From: Nitrososphaerota archaeon
Lineage (GTDB): Archaea; Thermoproteota; Nitrososphaeria_A; Caldarchaeales; Calditenuaceae
NCBI GenBank assembly: GCA_041641295.1
Contig: JBEPYO010000001.1
Span: 736,001-800,000, forward strand
Direction of reading: 5' to 3'
Length of the DNA: 64,000 nt
The notes under the pieces are model-generated. The model did no database searches. It was not told where the DNA came from and saw only the letters and a program-made list of their open reading frames with translations. A program made the translations under genes and the position numbers. Below, piece by piece: positions 58,056 to 64,000 of this stretch; position 1 is the stretch's first letter; every line of letters starts with the position of its first letter.

Positions 58056-59232
58056 CTCCGGAATCTCCACAATGGTTGGGATGGCGATAATCTTAGCGAT
58101 ATTCTTCACAACCCTAATCCCGCTCTACGTCTACATGTCAAGCCTCTACGGCCTACTATCCAACGAGACGAACTCTAGAAGGATTAGGGACGTGGACAGG
58201 GAGACGGAGGACCTGAAGCTCTTCGTTGAGGGAAGGTCTGGTATAGGTCAGGGAAGCCCTAGCATAAGCGTGGTTCTGAAAAATACCTCACCTCTACTGA
58301 TAAGGGTTGAGAGGATTTGGATGATGAATGTGGCGGCCGGCTCACCAGTCGGCGACACCCCCTGTGTAAACACGATAGTCGACGTACCCCCAGGCTGGAA
58401 CATCACAGTTCAGGTTAACGATTGTACGCGAGGGTTCACTGGAAGGGTTCAGTTTATAGCTGTTACCGGGAGGGGAAGACTGTTCAGCTCCGCACCAATC
58501 GACCTCTTTCAAGGGAGAATAATTGCAGGCCTCTTCCCCTACACCTTGACAGTCTCAGTCATCAACATGAAGAGGGGAAACGAATACACCATCGACATCC
58601 AGCCACAAGGAGACGCAGACATACATCCACGCTCCATAACATATAAGGCAACAGCATCAAACGAGAACATCTCACTCTCCTTCGGAACAACAGCCGGAAC
58701 CTTCCGAGTCTACCTCAAGGAGAACGGGGTTCTAGTCTCGACCGCTAGGCTCATAGCCCCACCCACCAACCCAGTGGACGTAACGCTGCCAGACTATTGG
58801 AACGTAGTCTTCATCCTCAGAAGAGTCGAGATACTGCCCGTGACCATAGATCTAGAAATATTCGCTCCCAGCCGGGTCCTTGAGGGAGAATCGTTCCAGT
58901 TCCAGATCTTCCTCAGCCTACCCCCACAGGCCGGAGAGGACGTCAGAATCAACCACGACAGGATAATCCAAGCCATAAGTTTAAGTGGAGACTATGAGCA
59001 AAACACGCTTAAGTGTTTGCCAGTAGAGGATACACTATCCCCCGGGTCAACGAAGACCGCGCTCATCTGCTCCCTTACAGCGGCAGAGCTTACAGGAAAC
59101 AGAAACTTCGGCTCAATAACCATTACTGTAGGGCCGATCCAAGACTGCGGAACAGGTGAGGGCTCCGGCCTACCATACTCCTCAGACCAGGATTCCACCA
59201 TCATAGATGTGAAGAGGCAGAGGGGCCGATAA
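58042..59232 (+). CDS. Large minor pilin/adhesin-like protein B, copy 1
   Basis: MRRGSSG|ISTMVGMAIIL class III-like signal; E.L, KNTSP, TGRGRLF; C-terminal Ig-like region. Confidence 0.82.
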   Translation: MRRGSSGISTMVGMAIILAIFFTTLIPLYVYMSSLYGLLSNETNSRRIRDVDRETEDLKLFVEGRSGIGQGSPSISVVLKNTSPLLIRVERIWMMNVAAGSPVGDTPCVNTIVDVPPGWNITVQVNDCTRGFTGRVQFIAVTGRGRLFSSAPIDLFQGRIIAGLFPYTLTVSVINMKRGNEYTIDIQPQGDADIHPRSITYKATASNENISLSFGTTAGTFRVYLKENGVLVSTARLIAPPTNPVDVTLPDYWNVVFILRRVEILPVTIDLEIFAPSRVLEGESFQFQIFLSLPPQAGEDVRINHDRIIQAISLSGDYEQNTLKCLPVEDTLSPGSTKTALICSLTAAELTGNRNFGSITITVGPIQDCGTGEGSGLPYSSDQDSTIIDVKRQRGR

Positions 59233-59233
59233 G

Positions 59234-59382
59234 CTACGGTGTCGACGCTCTATATGATGTCCTTACATTAGCACCTTCACATAACACTACACTATTCTCC
59301 ATAAGGGGTTTGGGATGAGGGTGATCAGAAGTGGCAGTATGGGGGATACATTGTCTACCAAAGTATTAAATGCCCAAGGCCT
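59234..59382. pseudogene. Remnant of a copy of the 61193..62479 pilin-like gene (3' end in the same orientation plus an inverted internal fragment)
   Basis: 59234-59278 reads EGANVRTSYRASTP* on the minus strand versus EGANVRTSCRAPTP*; 59312-59382 is the reverse complement of 61320-61395 lacking one TCTAC. Confidence 0.85.
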
Positions 59383-59501
59383 TGGTGAAAGTGTTAATCA
59401 GTTGAAGACATGCTATAATATCTTTCACCCTCAACAATGTTTACGCGCTATATGATACATATATATGGTTGGTGTTGGAGTGCAATACAGCTGCATAGGT
59501 T

Positions 59502-60014
59502 TTGACCTATCATCTAACCTCCAGTGCCAAGAGGCATAAGAGCAGGCGAGGCGACTCAATAGTCTTGGGGGAGCTTCTCCTATTCGCGGGCATGGTTGCT
59601 ATAGGGTTGGCCCTCTGGGGGTTCTCCCTAAGCTACGTTGCCATCCAGTCTACGAAGCTAACCGAGGACCAAGATAAGATCATCTCACAGCAAAGGAGTT
59701 TCCTCGTCATCGAGGCTGTCTCACTGCAGAGCAATAGAGTCTGGGTATCAAATCATGGGCTTAACGACGTAGCGGTCATAAGCTGCACGATATACCCGAA
59801 GGCTAGCCCTTCGCCCGGAATAAGACACAACGTGAGAGGCGTAATCGTAAGAGCATCAGACAACAGGTCCACAGCCCTGACAGGCTGCGAGCCTTTCCCC
59901 GGTCAGCCGCCTTACATAGTTGAGGTCTGGTATGTCCCTGCACACCTCTACAACACGCAAGACTTAACCCGCAACTCAATGCACGCGACGGTGGCTCGAT
60001 ATGAGAAAGGATAG
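59502..60014 (+). CDS. Minor pilin-like protein A, copy 2
   Basis: ...KSRRG|DSIVLGELLLF; paralog of 57540..58055. Confidence 0.72.
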   Translation: MTYHLTSSAKRHKSRRGDSIVLGELLLFAGMVAIGLALWGFSLSYVAIQSTKLTEDQDKIISQQRSFLVIEAVSLQSNRVWVSNHGLNDVAVISCTIYPKASPSPGIRHNVRGVIVRASDNRSTALTGCEPFPGQPPYIVEVWYVPAHLYNTQDLTRNSMHATVARYEKG

Positions 60015-61191
60015 GTCAGGAGTCTCAACTATGGTTGGTATGGCGATAATCTTAGCGATATTCTTCACAACCCTGATTCCCCTCTACGTCTACATGTCAA
60101 GCCTCTACGGGCTTCTCTCCAGCGAAATGAATTACAGGAGGATTAGGGACGTGGACAGGGAGACGGAGGACTTGAAGCTCTTAGTGGAGGGAAAGTCGGG
60201 GATAAACCAAGGAGACTACGGAGTGAGCGTGGTTCTGAAGAACACCTCGCCCCTGCTGATAAGGGTTGAGAGGATTTGGATGATGAACGTGGTGACTGGC
60301 TCACCCGTGGGAGATACCCCTTGCATAGACAGGATAGTTGACGTGCCTCCAGGCTGGAACGTCACAGTAAATGTGGACGTCTGTACGCAGGGGTTCACTG
60401 GAAGGGTTCAGTTTATAGCGATTACTGAGAGAGGCAGGCTATTCGGCTCGCAGCCAGTGAACCTTCTTCAAGGAAGAATTATGCCGGGGATATTCCCCTA
60501 CACTCTGACTGTCTCAATCATCAATATGCGGAGAGGGAGCGACTATACAATCGAGGTAGTTCCACTCGGGGACGCAGATATACATCCACGCTCCGTAACA
60601 TACAAGGCTACGGCCTCTAACGAGAACATCTCACTCTCCTTCGGAGCAACGGCAGGAACCTTCTCGGTCTACCTCAAAGAGAACGGGGCCCTAGTCCGGA
60701 CAGCCAGACTCGTAGCCCCACCAAACAACCCAGCTAATGTAACGCTGCCGGACTACTGGAATGTGGTCTTCATACTTAGAGGTAACACGATACGGCCCGT
60801 GACCATGGGCCTAGAAATAAGTGCTCCCCGCCGTGTTCTTGCGGGGGTATCATTCTCGTTCGATATTGTTCTCAGCCTACCGTCACAGGCCGACGAAGAC
60901 GTTAGAATCAACTATGATGGGATAATCCAAGCCATGGTTATAAGAGGAGACTACGAGCCAAATACACTTGATTGTTCGAAGGTGAAAGATACTCTCTCCC
61001 CAGGCTCGACGGAGACCGTGGCTAGGTGCTACATAATAGCCGCTGAGCCTCCACAGAACAGAACCGCCGGCTCAATAACGATCACTGTAAACCAGATCCA
61101 AAACTGTGGAACTGGAGTAAGCTCCAACCTACCATACCCGTCAAACTCTGACTCCGTCAACATACAGGTGAGGGGGCAGAGAGGGAGATGA
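60001..61191 (+). CDS. Large minor pilin/adhesin-like protein B, copy 2
   Basis: MRKDRSG|VSTMVGMAIIL; paralog of 58042..59232. Confidence 0.82.
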   Translation: MRKDRSGVSTMVGMAIILAIFFTTLIPLYVYMSSLYGLLSSEMNYRRIRDVDRETEDLKLLVEGKSGINQGDYGVSVVLKNTSPLLIRVERIWMMNVVTGSPVGDTPCIDRIVDVPPGWNVTVNVDVCTQGFTGRVQFIAITERGRLFGSQPVNLLQGRIMPGIFPYTLTVSIINMRRGSDYTIEVVPLGDADIHPRSVTYKATASNENISLSFGATAGTFSVYLKENGALVRTARLVAPPNNPANVTLPDYWNVVFILRGNTIRPVTMGLEISAPRRVLAGVSFSFDIVLSLPSQADEDVRINYDGIIQAMVIRGDYEPNTLDCSKVKDTLSPGSTETVARCYIIAAEPPQNRTAGSITITVNQIQNCGTGVSSNLPYPSNSDSVNIQVRGQRGR

Positions 61192-61192
61192 A

Positions 61193-62479
61193 TTATGGTG
61201 TCGGCGCCCTACATGATGTTCTTACATTAGCACCCTCATACCACCACTTACAGACATAAACTACACCTTGGGCTTCAGGGGATAAGAGGTCCTCCTCCTG
61301 ATAGTTATTCCCAGTGACTAGGCCTTGGGCATTTAATACTTTGGTAGAGTAGACAATGTATCCCCCATACTGCCACTTCTGATCACCCTCATCCCTAACC
61401 CTTAAGGTGAATAGGCCGATGTAGGAGTCGCCCGGTGAGAGCCTATTCAAAGAGGTACTGAGTATGGTGGTGGTCAGTGTTACGTTGTCGTAGGCTATGA
61501 CCTCCAGCTGGACGTTAATGTTTCTCAGCGGCTCTGTATTATTACCTAGGCTCACTATGAATGGTATCGTGGCGTTTAGCTCGATGTCGCTCTCGCCTAG
61601 GAGTACCATTAGGTTTGGCTGGAGGGGGCTTATCTGGAGTGGTATGGGTGTAGGAATGACGAGTCGGGGGAGCGGGCCTATCTGCACAACCACATGACCG
61701 TTCGCCTCAACCCTAACCGGGCTTGGGCTAATGTTTGCACAGCTGCTCCCATCATACGAGCACTGTAGGGCCCTGACAATGTATACGCCTGGGACTATGT
61801 TGAATGCGAAGACGTCAGACATATCCTCTACGCTCGAGATGAATCGCGTGGCATATGCGGAGCCCTTACAGCCCTCCGCAAACTCTTCCTCCCTCAACGA
61901 GACACAGCCACGAATCATGTTCACGCTTTCTCCACGCTCCACCGCGACCTCGACCCTGTACCTGTATCCTAGGCTGACGTTGCTGAGCTGGACTACCAAG
62001 AGGTAGGGTAGGGCGTTTGGACCGATTGGCTCGCCGGATACGAAGCTGTTGCCCCTGAGTGTAGGGGCTCTCACCACGACCTTTTCATTGGGCTCGACAA
62101 AAAAGTTTAGAGACTTCACGACCACGGCGCCCGGTGGCATCTTAAACTCTGTGCCTTCGATTTTCTGTAGACCGATTCTGCTGCTCTCCACATAGAGGGT
62201 TGGAACACTAATCTCTACAGGCCCCTTATTCATCATTATGATGAATAGGCTTCTTTTACCGAAGGGGTTTATCTCCGGTGGCTGTAGGGTTGCGATGACT
62301 TCTAGCTTCTCGTTTAGCTTCTCGACCTCGAATTGGAGCCTCCTCGATACCTCGTCCATGAATATTGTCTGTATCTGCTGTATGTAGAGCCACATGGGGA
62401 TCATGACTGTGAAAAATATCATAACGGCAATCGCGGTACCGACGACGGCCGAGACACCTGAGCGCCTCCTACTCCTCAC
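61193..62479 (-). CDS. Large minor pilin/adhesin-like protein C
   Basis: MRSRRRSG|VSAVVGTAIAV class III-like signal; EKL.V, NKGP, TLRGNSF; distant similarity to the B proteins (LPYLLVV versus FPYTLTV; LSPG). Confidence 0.82.
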   Translation of the reverse strand: MRSRRRSGVSAVVGTAIAVMIFFTVMIPMWLYIQQIQTIFMDEVSRRLQFEVEKLNEKLEVIATLQPPEINPFGKRSLFIIMMNKGPVEISVPTLYVESSRIGLQKIEGTEFKMPPGAVVVKSLNFFVEPNEKVVVRAPTLRGNSFVSGEPIGPNALPYLLVVQLSNVSLGYRYRVEVAVERGESVNMIRGCVSLREEEFAEGCKGSAYATRFISSVEDMSDVFAFNIVPGVYIVRALQCSYDGSSCANISPSPVRVEANGHVVVQIGPLPRLVIPTPIPLQISPLQPNLMVLLGESDIELNATIPFIVSLGNNTEPLRNINVQLEVIAYDNVTLTTTILSTSLNRLSPGDSYIGLFTLRVRDEGDQKWQYGGYIVYSTKVLNAQGLVTGNNYQEEDLLSPEAQGVVYVCKWWYEGANVRTSCRAPTP

Positions 62480-62486
62480 CCTTCCA

Positions 62487-63017
62487 TCACCCCGCTATGT
62501 TGGTTCTGGTGGTTGTGGTGGTGATTGTTACGGTGTAGGTGCTTGTGGAGGTTGTTGTCGTGGTTGTGGACATGGTACGTGTGAGGGGGGCGGAGGTGGT
62601 GGTGTAGGTAGTTGTTGTAGTCGTGGTCGGCGCTGTAACAGTTGTCGTCATATAGACTGTTCTCGTGGTCGCCGTAGTGGTCACGGTATATCTTGTAACC
62701 CATGCTGTTGCAGTGGTTGTTGAAGTACCTGAAGTGATGGTAGAGGTTATCCTAGTTGTCGTTGTTCGCGTTAAAGTTCCACTGGTGAGGGTTGTAGTAG
62801 TTATACGGATTATCGTACTTGTGGTGGTAGTGGTCCCCTCTCTTTCTGTGGTGGTTGTTAATGCGGTAACCCAGGTGGTCGTGGTGGTGGTTGTGGTTGT
62901 TGTGGTGGTGACTACTCTTAAGGTCTGCGCCAGACCCGTTAGGCTGAGCCCAAGTATTGTCAGAATCGCCAGAGTAATTGTGAGTGCGCGGAGTCTCCTC
63001 ACCCTATCCTCGACCAA
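62487..63017 (-). CDS. Secreted or membrane-anchored Thr-rich protein
   Basis: N-terminal hydrophobic helix, then about 140 aa dominated by Thr encoded with mixed ACN codons; coupled to both neighbours. Confidence 0.7.
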   Translation of the reverse strand: MVEDRVRRLRALTITLAILTILGLSLTGLAQTLRVVTTTTTTTTTTTTWVTALTTTTEREGTTTTTSTIIRITTTTLTSGTLTRTTTTRITSTITSGTSTTTATAWVTRYTVTTTATTRTVYMTTTVTAPTTTTTTTYTTTSAPLTRTMSTTTTTTSTSTYTVTITTTTTRTNIAG

Positions 63018-64000
63018 ACACCCCTCAGCCTCCTACCCACGGGATACAGTAATAATGGCCCTAGGGATAGATAAAGCAAAACCTGCCAGACAAATGGCCA
63101 ATCACTCGGAGAAGCCGAAGAGACTGGCAAAGACACCCCTTGGCCACTAGACGCCCCTCCAGTCGCAGTAGTGGTGGTGGTCGTGGTAGTCGTGGTGGTT
63201 ACTGTCACAACGACCGTGTTTGTGAATGTCCGCGTGAGTGTGATTGTTGTGGTATAGCGTGTCGTGGTGGATGTGGTTGTCTGGGTGATGGTGGGGCTGT
63301 AAACCGTTACCGTGGCCCACACCGTGCTCGTAGTTACTGATGTGATTGTGGCGGTAAATGACGTCGTGGTACGGGTGATTATCCTTGTTGTGGTTGTACT
63401 CCGCACGGTCGTGTAGGATATGAGGGTTCTTGTGGATGTGGTGGTTGTGGATGGCGTAGTTACTGTAATGGTTCTGGTGGTGGTCGTGGTGGTCCTGCTA
63501 GTTGTGCCCGGTATCTTGGTGGTTATGGTTGAGGTGGTTGTCTGAGTCTCGGTAACTGTCTTGGTCACGGTGGTGGTCGTGGTTGTTACCGGAGTTACGT
63601 CAGTCGTCCTCACGACTATCCATCCTATGTCGAAGACGTTTACAGGCCTGTCGAGAACAATGCTGTACTGGTCAATGTAGAGGGCGAGGCTCCCAAGCTC
63701 GACCGAGGTCCTCAATACACCCCTCGAGATAAGTACCCCATTACAGTCATAGATCTCTACTGCCAGCTCGTAGTTTCCATCCTCCCAGAACCCCACTGAA
63801 AGTATAACCTCGTCAATCCGCATCCTCTCCAAGTCTATCCGCATCTTCGAATAGTCTACATAGTTGCCGAAACTGTTAGGATACCCCCAAGACGGGGGAA
63901 CAATCGTGAAATCTGGCATAAGGGACTGGAACGTGAATGTAAGCGGCGGCTCCAAGCCGCCCCTGTCAAGCTGAACATAGACCTCCTGCGGAAGGGCACC
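62999..64000 (-). CDS. Cell-surface protein with Thr-rich stalk and C-terminal TM anchor (5' end beyond the window)
   Basis: Frame open to base 64000 (GALPQEVYVQLDRGGLEPP...); globular region, long Thr-rich tract, then WPFVWQVLLYLSLGPLLLY plus a basic tail. Confidence 0.78.
   Translation of the reverse strand, partial: GALPQEVYVQLDRGGLEPPLTFTFQSLMPDFTIVPPSWGYPNSFGNYVDYSKMRIDLERMRIDEVILSVGFWEDGNYELAVEIYDCNGVLISRGVLRTSVELGSLALYIDQYSIVLDRPVNVFDIGWIVVRTTDVTPVTTTTTTVTKTVTETQTTTSTITTKIPGTTSRTTTTTTRTITVTTPSTTTTSTRTLISYTTVRSTTTTRIITRTTTSFTATITSVTTSTVWATVTVYSPTITQTTTSTTTRYTTTITLTRTFTNTVVVTVTTTTTTTTTTTATGGASSGQGVSLPVSSASPSDWPFVWQVLLYLSLGPLLLYPVGRRLRGVWSRIG

Larger units (their letters stand above)
57435..61250 (+). 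repeat. Diverged tandem duplication: units about 57435-59290 and 59393-61250, period about 1.96 kb
   Basis: Paralogous gene pairs; GTTAATCAGT at 57435 and 59393; ATG at 58042 and 60001; the reverse-gene stop at 59234 and 61193 (offsets 1958-1959). Confidence 0.92.

Noticed and set aside
62394-63340. Val-, Cys- or His-rich ORFs (62394..62723, 62476..62703, 62665..63150, 63140..63340) and apparent GTG/GTT repeats
   Set aside because: These are alternative-frame or antisense readings of Thr (ACN) codon runs; not a microsatellite, CRISPR array or separate gene.

Overview
This window is archaeal chromosomal DNA from a probable (hyper)thermophilic heterotroph. The evidence is archaeal-type tRNAs, TATA-like promoters, class III prepilins, F420-type oxidoreductases, an IPCT/DIPPS di-myo-inositol-phosphate enzyme and many TTG/GTG starts. 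An Aigarchaeota/Caldarchaeales-like TACK lineage is my inference only. Left to right it contains: (1) a 2-oxoacid:ferredoxin oxidoreductase operon (delta-alpha-beta-gamma) running into a truncated hdrA; (2) an acyl-CoA cluster with acetoacetyl-CoA synthetase, acyl-CoA dehydrogenase, two thiolase-fold proteins lacking the canonical catalytic residues and two DUF35 proteins; (3) a GH78 rhamnosidase; (4) a DsrE-TusA-SQR-ArsR sulfide module; (5) a candidate C/D-box sRNA just upstream of tRNA-Leu(TAG), followed by an AT-richer island with an Egghead-like GT2; (6) menA, an LLM oxidoreductase and two sugar ABC systems with only one ATPase; (7) tRNA-Phe, Clp1, a RifK/BtrR-like aminotransferase, an extended IPCT/DIPPS and a GH151-like fucosidase; (8) a KaiC-like ATPase coupled to an archaeo-eukaryotic primase-like gene, then a nuclease next to tRNA-Arg; (9) a ~15 kb type IV pilus locus with an ATPase carrying an extra wHTH-like tail, an embedded glycosylation cassette, a ~1.96 kb tandem duplication of minor pilins with an inverted junction scar, and Thr-rich surface proteins. 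I saw no CRISPR array, rRNA, integrase or transposase. All family calls come from motif recognition by eye; no searches were run.
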